Below, piece after piece: positions 10,478-21,000 of a stretch of DNA of 45,171 nt (within the stretch, counting starts at the first letter, position 1; each line of letters opens with the position of its first letter). This DNA comes from Verrucomicrobiota bacterium (GTDB taxonomy: Bacteria; Verrucomicrobiota; Verrucomicrobiia; Opitutales; Coraliomargaritaceae): positions 1-45,171 of the forward strand of contig JBCBZJ010000024.1 of NCBI GenBank assembly GCA_039815375.1, read 5' to 3'. The translations under genes and the position numbers were made by a program. The notes beneath the pieces were generated by a model, which did no database searches, had not been told where the DNA came from, and saw nothing but the letters and a program-made list of their open reading frames with translations.

Positions 10478-12136
10478 TTACTTAGTCGCTTCGTCGAGCA
10501 GGTCGCCGAGGCTGGTGAGGTCTTCGCCAGCTGTAACGCTGTCGAATGCCTGACGTTCCTTGGCGAGGTCTTCCTCGCTGTAGTTGGCGGCCTTGACGGA
10601 GAGACCGATACGGCGCTCGTCTTTGTCGATCTTAATGACTCGCGCAGTGACTTCGTCACCTTCGTTGAGCACATCCTTGATCTTTTCCACACGTTCTTCG
10701 CTGATTTGCGAGATGTGCACGAGGCCGTCGATATCGTTGTCGAGTTCGACGAACGCACCGTAGCTGGTGATCTTGGAGATGTTACCCTTAACCATGTCGC
10801 CGATCTTGAAGTGTGTTTCAATTTCGTCCCATGGATCGGTGGAAAGCTGCTTCATGCCAAGCGAGATACGCTGACTGTCTGCATCCACATCAAGGACGGT
10901 TGCGTCAACTTCGTCGCCCTTCTTCACCATCTCGGATGGGTGGTTGACCTTGCGAGTCCAGGACATGTCGGACACGTGGACCATACCGTCGATGCCTTCT
11001 TCGAGTTCGACGAAAGCACCGTAAGTGGTGAGGTTGCGAACCTTGCCGCGAACCCGTGCACCAACTGGATAGTTGTGGCGGGCCATTTCCCAAGGGTTGG
11101 TCTCGAGCTGGCGGGTGCCGAGGGAGATCTTCTGCTCTTCCTTTTGGATGCCGAGCACGACTGCTTCGACTTCGTCGCCGATACGAAGAACTTCGCTTGG
11201 CTTAGAGATTCGCTTGGTCCATGAAAGTTCGGTAACGTGGACGAGACCTTCGACACCTTCCTGAATTTCGATGAAGGCACCATAAGGAACCAAGTTTACA
11301 ACCTTGCCGGAAACAGTAGAGCCGATCGGGAAGCGCTCTTCAATGCGATCCCATGGGTTATCTTGAAGTTGCTTCAGGCCAAGGGAAACGCGTTCCCGGT
11401 CGCGGTCGATCTCGATAATCATGACTTCGATCTCTTCACCTTGCTTCAGCATCTCGGACGGATGCTGGATGCGGCCCCAGGACATATCAGTTATGTGCAG
11501 GAGACCGTCGAGGCCATCAAGATCAACGAATGCACCATAGTCAGTGATATTCTTGACCTGGCCACGGCGTGTGTCACCTGGTTTGACATCCTCGAGAAGC
11601 GAGCGGCGCTTCTCGATACGCTGCTCTTCGATAAGCTCGCGGCGGGACACGACGATGTTCTTACGATCGAGGTTAATCTTGATGACTTTGAAATCGTATG
11701 TCTGGCCTACGTATTGATCGAGGTTCTTAGGTGGCTGCACATCGATCTGGGAAGCAGGCATGAAGGAGTCGACGCCAATGCTGACGATCAGGCCACCTTT
11801 AACCTTCGAGCGAACACGGCCCTGAATGATGGAACCCTCTTCGCAGTTTTCGACGATCTTTTCCCAGTTCTTCTTTTGCTCGGCCTTGTCGAAGGAGATA
11901 ACCGGGTTACCCTCCCTATCTTCAAGCTTTTCGAGAAAGACTTCCAATTCGTCTCCGACTTGCAGCTCGCTCATATCAACGAACTCACTGGCGTGAACGA
12001 TACCTTCGGATTTGCCACCGATATCAACAACTACTTCGGTGGGGCGGATCTCGATGATAGTTCCCTTTATGATGGAACCTTCTTCGAGGTTATCAACGTT
12101 GCTGCTCGCAAGCAGCTCTTCCATGAGATTACTCAT
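10478..12136 (-). CDS. rpsA: 30S ribosomal protein S1
   Basis: 552 aa with repeated S1 domains (YGAFVDLDGLDGLLHITDMSW, YGAFVELEEGIDGMVHVSDMSW and others). Confidence 0.98.
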   Translation of the reverse strand: MSNLMEELLASSNVDNLEEGSIIKGTIIEIRPTEVVVDIGGKSEGIVHASEFVDMSELQVGDELEVFLEKLEDREGNPVISFDKAEQKKNWEKIVENCEEGSIIQGRVRSKVKGGLIVSIGVDSFMPASQIDVQPPKNLDQYVGQTYDFKVIKINLDRKNIVVSRRELIEEQRIEKRRSLLEDVKPGDTRRGQVKNITDYGAFVDLDGLDGLLHITDMSWGRIQHPSEMLKQGEEIEVMIIEIDRDRERVSLGLKQLQDNPWDRIEERFPIGSTVSGKVVNLVPYGAFIEIQEGVEGLVHVTELSWTKRISKPSEVLRIGDEVEAVVLGIQKEEQKISLGTRQLETNPWEMARHNYPVGARVRGKVRNLTTYGAFVELEEGIDGMVHVSDMSWTRKVNHPSEMVKKGDEVDATVLDVDADSQRISLGMKQLSTDPWDEIETHFKIGDMVKGNISKITSYGAFVELDNDIDGLVHISQISEERVEKIKDVLNEGDEVTARVIKIDKDERRIGLSVKAANYSEEDLAKERQAFDSVTAGEDLTSLGDLLDEATK

Positions 12137-12294
12137 TTGACTGTAATAAACTGCGCGCCGTAGCGGCAGTATGGTTGGAGGTTATTATATGTTTCCCCAT
12201 GCGGAATGCGTGTCGTGATACCAATCACTCGGGGAGCGCGAGAAAGTAGATAGAGCGCTCCACCCTGCAAGACTAAAATCGCCTGCTTTCCAGG

Positions 12295-13809
12295 CTATTC
12301 TTGAGCGGGCAACCAAGCGTCGGTTCGGAATGGGGTCACTGCCAAGCCATTGCGATCATAGAGATTGCAGACCGGATTGACGGCCCATGCATAACGCACC
12401 GCAACAGGCTCGGCCACCTGGTCACTCCAGACTTCGACTTGATTCTTCCCAACGAGCTTGGCATCCGCCCAGACGAACTGCCGGTCCGCACCTGCAATGG
12501 CGAAGCCGATCGGTTCCTTTACGTCGAAGGTGTAGAGGCCGCCGTCGCTGACCGACCCGAAGGTGAGTAGCGCCTTGTTACCGTTGATCTCCATGTCCCG
12601 ATAACGTGGGCTCTCGTAAGCGATATCGAATCCATAGTCACGCGCCAGCGCATGCCGGACCAGGCGATTCGCCACGGTCTGCTTGTCGCCGGGGTGAATA
12701 TCACGCCCCTCACCTGCATCGATGATCACGGCTTGGCCACCGTTTGGAACAGCGTCCAGTGTCATTGTTTGTGACTCTCGCAGAAAAGCCCACCCATGAT
12801 CCTGTGGTGTGTCAGACTCTGCCTGAAAGTCGGCAATTTGCACCCAGTAAAAAGGAAAATCGCCCTGCCCCCAGCGTTCACGCAGTGTCGTAATAAGTAG
12901 AGGAAAGAGGTGCCTGTAATCGGCCGCCCTGCTCGAATTGCTTTCACCTTGATACCAAATCATACCACGCAAACCATAGCCGATGGTCGGATAAACCATG
13001 CCGTTGAAGATATTTGCCGGACGATGTTGCCCGCTCCTGGGGTCTCTTGGTTGTTTCGGCTGCTTGCCTTTGCGACCGCCATCAATCCACTTCTGCATTC
13101 TCTGCTCCCATCGCGCCAGCACCGGAGGAAACTCGACACAACGCTTATCAAAGTCAGCGATATAAGCATCGTAACGCTCGTATCGCTCGAGCACCTCGCG
13201 CGGCACCCAGGCTTCAGCGACTGAGGCACCCCATGCGTTGTCAATCAAACCGATCGGCACACCAAGCGCATGATGCAAGCGACGCCCGAAGAAGTAGCCA
13301 ACCGCAGAGAAATCTGCGATCGTCTCCGGCGTGCACTTATCCCACTGCCCTTCGAAATCTTCCTGTGGTTCCTGAGTGCCAACACGCGGCACGGTAATCA
13401 CCCGAAGCTCGGGAAAATTAGCAGAAGCAATCTCGACCTCAGCGTTATTTGATTGAGCGACCGACCACTGCATATTCGACTGGCCCGAGCAAAACCAGAC
13501 CTCGCCGACCAACACATCTCTAAACTTCCTCGTTTCACCGGCATCAATGACTAGTTCGTGCGGTCCACCAGCCGACATGGGGTCGAGGCTAAGCTTCCAT
13601 TTACCAGTTGAGTCCGCCTTTGCCATATGCTGCTGCCCTGCGATCTGAACTGTAACAGATTGCCCCGGTTCAGCCTTGCCCCAAACCGGATTCGAGTGAT
13701 CCCGCTGAAGCACCATATGATCGCCAAAAATACGAGGCAACCAAAGCTTCGCATCCGCGGAAACTGTAATGATTAGAAGGAATGCGAGTAGATGAGGTAA
13801 AGAACGCAT
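12295..13809 (-). CDS. Sialate O-acetylesterase (SASA/SGNH family)
   Basis: Signal peptide; FGDHMVLQRD, VGEVWFCSGQSNM, IWYQGESN, DIHP, PVAVRYAW, PFRTD motifs. Confidence 0.92.
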   Translation of the reverse strand: MRSLPHLLAFLLIITVSADAKLWLPRIFGDHMVLQRDHSNPVWGKAEPGQSVTVQIAGQQHMAKADSTGKWKLSLDPMSAGGPHELVIDAGETRKFRDVLVGEVWFCSGQSNMQWSVAQSNNAEVEIASANFPELRVITVPRVGTQEPQEDFEGQWDKCTPETIADFSAVGYFFGRRLHHALGVPIGLIDNAWGASVAEAWVPREVLERYERYDAYIADFDKRCVEFPPVLARWEQRMQKWIDGGRKGKQPKQPRDPRSGQHRPANIFNGMVYPTIGYGLRGMIWYQGESNSSRAADYRHLFPLLITTLRERWGQGDFPFYWVQIADFQAESDTPQDHGWAFLRESQTMTLDAVPNGGQAVIIDAGEGRDIHPGDKQTVANRLVRHALARDYGFDIAYESPRYRDMEINGNKALLTFGSVSDGGLYTFDVKEPIGFAIAGADRQFVWADAKLVGKNQVEVWSDQVAEPVAVRYAWAVNPVCNLYDRNGLAVTPFRTDAWLPAQE

Positions 13810-13960
13810 GTTATAGGCAGAATTGGACTAGAGGAGATATGAGACTACAGAGACAACGATATCGAGAAAGCAAAAACTCGAATGATCCTTTCTTGAAGAC
13901 CGGATGTTCCGCATGAAAAGAGGTTGCAGGGATTATTCGCAGCCATTCTTTGGTACTACT

Positions 13961-14902
13961 ATGAAACTCGTCATCCTCGATGCAGCTACAATTGGAACCC
14001 AATCGGAACTCGCTGTGTTTCAACGGTTCGGCGAGCTGGAAATACACGAAGCCACGAAGCCGGAAGAAACTGCAGCTCGGATCAGCGGAATGGACTGCGT
14101 TGTGACCAATAAAGTTGTGATCGATAAGGGGCTAATCGACGCAAACCCGCAACTAAAGTTAGTCTGTATCACCGCAACCGGGACCAACAACATCGATTTG
14201 GAACACGCAGCCCGAAAAGGGCTAATCGTCAGGAATGTTGCCGGTTACGCGACCGAAAGCGTTGCCCAGTTCACCTTCAGCGCACTCTTCCATCTGATCT
14301 CGCGACTCGACCTGGAGGACGAACACGTTCGATCCGGACACTACTATGACGAGGGGCTTTTTACCCATTTCTCGGGCTGCTTTTCAGAACTAAAAGGGAA
14401 GACTTTCGGCATCATCGGTCTTGGCAACATCGGCCGCCGCATCGCAGAGATCGCAACCGCCTTCGGCACGGAAGTTGTCTATTACTCCACCTCTGGTCAA
14501 AACACCGACCAGCCCTACCAACAGCTAAGCCTTGAGGAGCTACTCAAGCGCGCCGATGTCATTTCAATCAATGCACCTCTCAACGATAGGACAGCGGGCC
14601 TCATCCACCGCGGCAACCTAAGGCGCTGTAAGCCGGACGCGATCCTCATCAACACCGGCCGCGGCGGCATCGTTGTCGAACAGGACCTGGCTGACGCGCT
14701 CGATGCCGGTCTCCTTGGCGCAGCCGCACTCGACGTCTTTGAAGCAGAACCGCTTTCGCCGGACAATCCGCTGCTCCATCTCGAAGACAAATCCAAAGTC
14801 CTACTGAGCCCGCACAATGCCTGGACCAGCCGCGAAGCACGAGCAGAACTGATTAAACGCACTGCCGGGAATGTCGCCGATTTCCTGGAAAAAACTCATT
14901 AA
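13961..14902 (+). CDS. D-2-hydroxyacid dehydrogenase (glycerate dehydrogenase/hydroxypyruvate reductase-like)
   Basis: MKLVILDAATIG start at 13961; TNKV, ATGTNNID, GIIGLGNIG (NAD binding), INTGRGG, LDVFEAEP, SPHNAW. Confidence 0.92.
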   Translation: MKLVILDAATIGTQSELAVFQRFGELEIHEATKPEETAARISGMDCVVTNKVVIDKGLIDANPQLKLVCITATGTNNIDLEHAARKGLIVRNVAGYATESVAQFTFSALFHLISRLDLEDEHVRSGHYYDEGLFTHFSGCFSELKGKTFGIIGLGNIGRRIAEIATAFGTEVVYYSTSGQNTDQPYQQLSLEELLKRADVISINAPLNDRTAGLIHRGNLRRCKPDAILINTGRGGIVVEQDLADALDAGLLGAAALDVFEAEPLSPDNPLLHLEDKSKVLLSPHNAWTSREARAELIKRTAGNVADFLEKTH

Positions 14903-15117
14903 AGAATGTTTCACTGAAGATGGCCTACAATTGCCCGACTTGTCTCGAAGCCCAAGATGTCCAAGCACAAAAGTATCTTTAGTCGAACTTTAGCGGGAAC
15001 CTGTTGACGAATATGAGCCTCTAAAGTCTAAAATAGGCTCTTATTCGTAAATTCTCTGGCACTGGCATAAACAGCAAACCTTGCGTCGGACAGTTAACTC
15101 CCTGAACAAATTTTTTT

Positions 15118-16512
15118 ATGTCCCAACCCCATCTTGTTATTCTTTCAATACTCCTCCTGTGCTCGCAGGGATTCGCATCGGAAAAGCCAAATATCATTTT
15201 CATCATGGCTGACGACCTTGGCTACGGTCAGGTCGGAGCCTATGGTCAAAAGCAGATCAAGACGCCACGCATCGATCAAATGGCAGCGGAAGGCCTACTG
15301 CTCACTGACTACTATGCCGGCACAGCAGTCTGCGCACCCTCGCGTGCATCTCTAATGACCGGCTTACATGTCGGCAACACGAAGATACGCGGTAATTACG
15401 AGATCAAAAAAACAGCAAACAATGAATCAGGACAGCTGCCGATTCCCGCAGAAACCATCACGGTTGCTGAAAAAATGAAGGAAGCCGGTTACGCTACGGC
15501 GGTGGTTGGCAAATGGGGCCTCGGCTACCCTCACAGTGAAGGCGACCCGCTTAATCAGGGTTTTGATTTCTTTTACGGCTATAACTGCCAACGCCATGCG
15601 CACAACTACTACCCGGGATGGCTTTGGAAGAATCATGAAGTCGTTAAGCTCGGGCCCCAGGGCACACCCAAGGGTTACAGCCACTACTACCTGACCGATG
15701 AAGCCCGCGGCTTTATTACTAAAAACAAAGACCAGCCCTTCTTCCTCTACCTCGCGTACACCATACCACACTCCAAGATCCAGATCCCGGCCTCTGATCC
15801 TGCCTATGAGCAATACAGCGATAAAGACTGGCCAGAAGTGCAGCGTAAACTCGCAGGTATGATCAGCCTAATGGATGCCGATGTCGGCGGTATTCTGGAC
15901 CTGTTGAAGGAACTCGAAATCGATGAAAATACCTTGGTCGTCTTTACCAGCGACAATGGTGCCGCCACCGCTGGCGGTGTGATCCGCAACTTCTTCAACG
16001 ACAGTGGCCCGCTTCGTGGCATCAAGCGAAACATGTATGAAGGCGGTATTCGGGTGCCCTTCGTGGCCTGGTGGCCCGGTGTTATCAGGGCAGGCCGCAG
16101 CAGTAATCATCTCGCCGCACACTGGGACCTTATGCCAACAGCATGCGAGCTTGCTGGGGTTGCGGCACCAGCAGGCATTGACGGTATCAGCTACGCCCCA
16201 CTCCTTAAAGGCAAGGAAGCAGAACAGGCTCAACACGACTACCTCTACTTTGAATTGCACTGGCCAACAAAGCGTGGTGTGCGCCAAGGCGACTGGGTCG
16301 CAGTTCAAGAAAAGACAACGGAGGTAGATCCCAATGCTAATCCAGTAGAACTCTTTAATCTCAAAGACGACCTCGCACAGAAAAAAAATCTCGCAGAGCA
16401 ATATCCTGAAAGACTCGAAGCGATGAAGGCACTCCTCGCCGAGGCACACAGTCCCAACGATTACTTTGTCTTCGGCAAAGAAAGACCTAACAAAAAGAAG
16501 AAAAAGAAGTAA
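15118..16512 (+). CDS. Arylsulfatase (formylglycine-dependent S1 sulfatase)
   Basis: Signal peptide; KPNIIFIMADDLGYG, CAPSRASLMTG (CxPxR), GKWGLG, SDNG, YEGGIRVP. Confidence 0.95.
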   Translation: MSQPHLVILSILLLCSQGFASEKPNIIFIMADDLGYGQVGAYGQKQIKTPRIDQMAAEGLLLTDYYAGTAVCAPSRASLMTGLHVGNTKIRGNYEIKKTANNESGQLPIPAETITVAEKMKEAGYATAVVGKWGLGYPHSEGDPLNQGFDFFYGYNCQRHAHNYYPGWLWKNHEVVKLGPQGTPKGYSHYYLTDEARGFITKNKDQPFFLYLAYTIPHSKIQIPASDPAYEQYSDKDWPEVQRKLAGMISLMDADVGGILDLLKELEIDENTLVVFTSDNGAATAGGVIRNFFNDSGPLRGIKRNMYEGGIRVPFVAWWPGVIRAGRSSNHLAAHWDLMPTACELAGVAAPAGIDGISYAPLLKGKEAEQAQHDYLYFELHWPTKRGVRQGDWVAVQEKTTEVDPNANPVELFNLKDDLAQKKNLAEQYPERLEAMKALLAEAHSPNDYFVFGKERPNKKKKKK

Positions 16513-16685
16513 TCAAAGGAGCTTACCAGTGACGCCGAAACAGCAGGCAAAGTGTTAATATTTACACTTAACAAAAATAAGTTACTTTTTATCCGGCATA
16601 CTTCTCTACTTAGGAAACAGATACGCGGACATTCAGAACCATCCGTAAATTGAACGTGTCATGCACACATCTTAATCTGCATGCA

Positions 16686-17975
16686 CTATCTTGAGAGTAG
16701 GCTCGGGAGCCAAGTCGATAAAGCCGGGATATAAGTGATCCCCAGCAATGCCACGAGCATCGCGAAGAAAAACGGTAGCAGTGGTGGCGTAACCTTGGCG
16801 ATCGTTGTACGACCCACACCACAACCAAGGAAGAGGCAGGTGCCTACCGGTGGCGTGCAAAGACCAATACAGAGATTTGTAATCATGACGATGCCGAACT
16901 GTAGCTCACTCATGCCCAAAGCCGTCACCACCGGTAGAAAGATTGGCGTAAAGATCAACACGGCCGGTGTCATGTCCATAAAAGTGCCAACCGCAAGCAG
17001 CAGTAGATTGATCGCAAGTAGAATCAAAATCGGATTCTCCGAGAGCGCAAGAAGTGCAGCGCTGACCTGCTGCGGCACGTTTTCTGTGGTAAGTAACCAC
17101 GACATGCCGGAGCTGGCACCAATCAGGAGCATAACTACTGAGGTCGTGATACCTCCTTTGAGCAAAATGTCAGGAAGATCGGCCCATTTGACCTCCCGAT
17201 AGACCACCACCGCAAGAATGAAGGAGTAAAGAACAGCAATCGCAGCCGCCTCTGTCGCGGTAAAGATACCGCCCAGAATCCCACCGATCACAATAATTAC
17301 CAGGAACAGGCTAGGCAGTGCGCGCACGCAGCTGGAGCTAAGCTCAGCCCAGGAAACCGGCGCTGATTTTTCCCAGCCGTCCTTACGGGCACGAAAAAAG
17401 CACACTGCCATGAGGCACAAGCCCATCAAGATACCGGGCAGGATACCGGCAAGAAATAGACCGATGATTGAGACGCTGCCCGCCGCAACCGCATACACGA
17501 TCATGATATTGCTCGGCGGAATAATCAGACCCGTCGTCGCCGAGGTCACGGTCAGTGCAACATTGAAATCGCGCGGGTAGCCCTTGCGGTTCATCTCTGG
17601 AATCATAAAACCACCCACCGAGGAAACAGCCGCAGCCGCCGAACCGGAGATCGAGCCAAACAACATGCAGGTCAGCGTATTGACGTAGGTTAGCCCACCC
17701 GGGAAACGGCCCACGCAGGCAGCCGCAAAATCAATTAAGCGCCGCGCAATGCCCCCCTGCCCCATCAACAGACCAGAAAGAATAAAGAATGGGATCGCAA
17801 GGAGCGTGAAACTGTCGATGCCGTTGGCCATCTTGAGCGCAACCGTATAGGTCGCATCACCTCCGGTTGCGAACACGCAGAGAAAAGTCGATGCTGCGAT
17901 CGCCACTGCGATGGGCACGTTGATAAAGAGCAACAACCCGAAACTGATGACAAGAAGCCAGACTATTTCGTTCAC
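16686..17975 (-). CDS. dctM: TRAP transporter large permease
   Basis: Highly hydrophobic 429 aa; LLAIPFFIL, FGSISGSAAA, IIPPSNIMIVYA, TATEAAA, TPPVG motifs. Confidence 0.95.
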   Translation of the reverse strand: MNEIVWLLVISFGLLLFINVPIAVAIAASTFLCVFATGGDATYTVALKMANGIDSFTLLAIPFFILSGLLMGQGGIARRLIDFAAACVGRFPGGLTYVNTLTCMLFGSISGSAAAAVSSVGGFMIPEMNRKGYPRDFNVALTVTSATTGLIIPPSNIMIVYAVAAGSVSIIGLFLAGILPGILMGLCLMAVCFFRARKDGWEKSAPVSWAELSSSCVRALPSLFLVIIVIGGILGGIFTATEAAAIAVLYSFILAVVVYREVKWADLPDILLKGGITTSVVMLLIGASSGMSWLLTTENVPQQVSAALLALSENPILILLAINLLLLAVGTFMDMTPAVLIFTPIFLPVVTALGMSELQFGIVMITNLCIGLCTPPVGTCLFLGCGVGRTTIAKVTPPLLPFFFAMLVALLGITYIPALSTWLPSLLSR

Positions 17976-18523
17976 GGCTCGCCCTCCTTGGCCACCGGCG
18001 TGTCGGTGGGCTCGTGCAAGACATCAAACATTTGCGCGATGGTGAAGACTGCGGTGAAAACGCCACTCAAGGGCACTGCAAGGTAGACCCAACCCTTAGG
18101 GATACCGAGGGTCGGCGTCATTTGGCCGAGCTCCAGAGTGCGACTGACCAGCTGCCAGCCGCCGATTATCAGGGCAAGCACTGCGAATAAAAGCACCATG
18201 CCCAGAGCTACCAACTTCAAAAGCTTTCCGGCCACGGAATCGAACTTACCGACGAAGTAATCGACACCGAGATGTGCCCGTTTCTCAAAAGCAAGGCAGG
18301 CACCCAGTAGCCCGACCCAAATCATCAGGTATCGGGCCAGCTCCTCGGTCCAACTGCTTTGGCTGTCCAACCAACCCCATTTCGCAAAAACCCGCGAAAA
18401 GACGCCCCAAAGCACATCGAGCACCAAAGTAGCCATTGCGACGATTAGAATCACTTCCAGAAGTCGCACCATGAAAGCAAGAACCGGATGGCCGCGAGCA
18501 CTGCTTCGAATCGAATGGTCCAT
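17972..18523 (-). CDS. dctQ: TRAP transporter small permease
   Basis: Four TM segments and SWTEELARYLMIW..HLGVD motif; lies between dctP and dctM. ATG 18523 preferred over the ORF start at 18541. Confidence 0.92.
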   Translation of the reverse strand: MDHSIRSSARGHPVLAFMVRLLEVILIVAMATLVLDVLWGVFSRVFAKWGWLDSQSSWTEELARYLMIWVGLLGACLAFEKRAHLGVDYFVGKFDSVAGKLLKLVALGMVLLFAVLALIIGGWQLVSRTLELGQMTPTLGIPKGWVYLAVPLSGVFTAVFTIAQMFDVLHEPTDTPVAKEGEP

Positions 18524-18530
18524 AGCGATA

Positions 18531-19544
18531 CTAGAGCGCACGGATTTGTTTTACCAACTCACCGACAGCCGTGCCGACATATGGGTCATACATAGGCGCA
18601 ACCTTGTCCATAAAAGGCTGCTTATCCGGCTCGTAAACCTCAACACCAAGTTTTTTGACTGCTTCAAGCGCCTCTGCATTCTTCAAGGCCCAGAGCTCAC
18701 GCTGAAAAACGCTCGACTCTTCTGCAGCCTGTTGCAACCAGGCCTGTTGCTGCTGGGAGAGCCCATCCCAGATCGGCACACTGATCAGGAGCATGTCAGG
18801 GAGGATCACATGCTCATCCAAACTGAAGAACTTGCAGGTCTCGTAGTGCTTATTGGAGTAAAAGCTCGGCGGATTGTTCTCCGCTCCATCAACAATCCCC
18901 TGCGCCAGTGCGGAATACAACTCACCCCAGGAAATCGGTGTCGGTGATCCGCCCATCATCTCGACCATTTTAATCGCCATAGGACTGTTCATGACGCGTA
19001 TCTTCAGACCCTTGAGATCATCTGGTGTCTTGATCTGCCGCTCCTCAGTGTAGAAATTACGACTGCCGGCATCATAGTAGCATAACCCGTAGAGCTGCCG
19101 ATCACGACCTTTATGTAAAAGGCTTCGTCCACTTTCGCTATCGGCGAACTTCCAAAAGTGGTCCGTATCGCGAAACAGGTAAGGTAGACCAAAGAGCTCC
19201 ATCTCGGGAATGAAAGCCTCCATCGGCCCGGTCGAGGTCTTGGTCATGGCAAGAACCCCATTTTGTAGTTGTTCAATGCATTCAGTTTCCCCACCAAGCA
19301 CAGCGCTAGGATAGATCTCGATCAGCATGCGACCACCAGAAATTACTTCGAGGCGCTCTTGCATGTGAACCATACCCAGATGCACCGGGTGCTGCGGATC
19401 GAGGGTGTGGGCCAGCTTGAGCACTTTCACTTCGGGACCAGCCGACTGCACACCTGATTGACGCAGGATCAGGGAAAATCCCGCAGTAGCTAGAAGGGTG
19501 CCGACCAGAAGTCCGGCAAAGAAAAGCGACAATGAGCGGTTCAT
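18531..19544 (-). CDS. dctP: TRAP transporter substrate-binding protein
   Basis: LKLAHTL, IYPSAVLGGE, DLKGLKIRV, GELYSALAQGIVDGAENN motifs; N-terminal hydrophobic anchor. Confidence 0.93.
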   Translation of the reverse strand: MNRSLSLFFAGLLVGTLLATAGFSLILRQSGVQSAGPEVKVLKLAHTLDPQHPVHLGMVHMQERLEVISGGRMLIEIYPSAVLGGETECIEQLQNGVLAMTKTSTGPMEAFIPEMELFGLPYLFRDTDHFWKFADSESGRSLLHKGRDRQLYGLCYYDAGSRNFYTEERQIKTPDDLKGLKIRVMNSPMAIKMVEMMGGSPTPISWGELYSALAQGIVDGAENNPPSFYSNKHYETCKFFSLDEHVILPDMLLISVPIWDGLSQQQQAWLQQAAEESSVFQRELWALKNAEALEAVKKLGVEVYEPDKQPFMDKVAPMYDPYVGTAVGELVKQIRAL

Positions 19545-19828
19545 CAGGAAGACATAGGAAAACAGCGAGCAGATATGCCATTCAAGTAGATTCTCTGCAA
19601 TATTTCATGCAAACGCTGTCTCATCCACTTTCCGTGCGTCGGTTCAGTGCATTCCCATTCTGGCTATCACCCTGAAACCGATGCAATAGCGCTCGCCTCG
19701 TCTCCATGAGCGATAGCGAACTACCTGCGATGACGACAAGGAGGACGCAGTCCTCATCAGTCCGGCTCATGCCGGGCTGTCGCGCAGAAAACTGATTTTA
19801 CACAAAGGCGAAGCCCTGGGAAATGAAG

Positions 19829-19902
<74 letters not shown>

Positions 19903-20016
19903 ATCACAAATCAATGCAGGCAGTAGATGCGGTTAAACTCCAAGTTCAAGTGAATTTTGCTTCAAAATCTGATTGCAGCTTCCGAGACGCACAGGAACAT
20001 AACGGCCAACCTCCAA

Positions 20017-20316
20017 ATGAAAAGTCCATCCAAATCAATCCCCACAAAACAGAAGCATCCACGTAAGAAGGACAAGTTTATCCCAAATCTCAGCCAACTT
20101 CAGGAAACCGCAAAAAATCTTCCCGATCCGGACAAATGGCCTGAAGAGCGTTACCGAATCCTGATCGAAGCTGATAACAAGCAAAGAAGTGTCGAATTTG
20201 AAAAAAGATCCATCAATCGAGGTGAAAAGAAAACCTCGCGCTGGATCTTTGAGGGCAAGGTGCTCATCCGGAATCGCGATATAGAGAAATGCCAGAAGGA
20301 CACGTCGTCGTCTTAA
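20017..20316 (+). CDS. Small basic hypothetical protein
   Basis: About 99-aa ORF from ATG 20017 (open from 19957), Lys/Arg-rich, overlaps the cobB start; no family recognised. Confidence 0.55.
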   Translation: MKSPSKSIPTKQKHPRKKDKFIPNLSQLQETAKNLPDPDKWPEERYRILIEADNKQRSVEFEKRSINRGEKKTSRWIFEGKVLIRNRDIEKCQKDTSSS

Positions 20317-20972
20317 GCGGGGCGGGCATCAGCGCGGAAAGCGGGCTCAAGACCTTTCGCGACTCGGGCGGCCTCTGGGAAGGCCATTCTATTGAGGAAG
20401 TGGCCACTCCAGAGGCATGGGCCACGAATCCCCGGCTCGTTCTGGATTTCTACAATGCAAGGCGACAGCAGCTCTACACGGTCGAACCAAATGCAGCTCA
20501 CAAAGCTCTAGCCGAACTCGAGTCGACGCACCGCGTCTCCATTATCACGCAAAACGTCGACAACCTTCACGAGCGTGCTGGCTCAACACATGTGCTTCAC
20601 CTCCATGGCGAGCTCGATACCGCGCGAAGCACCACCAACGAAAGCCTGATCTACGCACTTGAAGGCAAGGACATTACCCTTGGCGACCACTGCGAACTCG
20701 GCAGTCAGCTTCGACCCAACATTGTCTGGTTCGGCGAAGCGGTTCCCGCAATGGAGGAAGCCGCTACCATCACCGCGACGGCGGATATCCTTATCGTCGT
20801 CGGCACCTCACTGGTGGTCTACCCTGCTGCCAGCCTCGCCTACCTCGCGCCCACACATGCCAAAAAGTATCTGGTCAATCCCGCCATCCCCGAGGAAGCC
20901 TGCATGTATGATTTCGAGTTCATCGAAGCGAAAGCTGCGGAAGCCATCCCGGAACTCACCGCGGAGCTATAA
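20289..20972 (+). CDS. cobB: NAD-dependent protein deacylase (Sir2 family, class III)
   Basis: GAGISAESGLKTFRD, FYNARR, ITQNVDNLHERAG, HLHGEL, LRPNIVWFGE, VGTSLVVYPAA. Confidence 0.93.
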   Translation: MPEGHVVVLSGAGISAESGLKTFRDSGGLWEGHSIEEVATPEAWATNPRLVLDFYNARRQQLYTVEPNAAHKALAELESTHRVSIITQNVDNLHERAGSTHVLHLHGELDTARSTTNESLIYALEGKDITLGDHCELGSQLRPNIVWFGEAVPAMEEAATITATADILIVVGTSLVVYPAASLAYLAPTHAKKYLVNPAIPEEACMYDFEFIEAKAAEAIPELTAEL

Positions 20973-21000
20973 GAAGGCCCGAAATAAACACGACTCAGAA

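Noticed and set aside
11237..12163. 308-aa plus-strand ORF and many other long antisense ORFs (for example 3034-3630, 33655-34194, 40021-40779)
   Set aside because: Antisense shadows of strongly codon-biased real genes (rpsA, SNF2, lipoprotein, Rhs) with no motifs of their own.
20289..20972. Sir2 protein as an anti-phage NADase next to an island
   Set aside because: It has the motifs and size of a housekeeping CobB deacylase and lies outside the inverted repeat.
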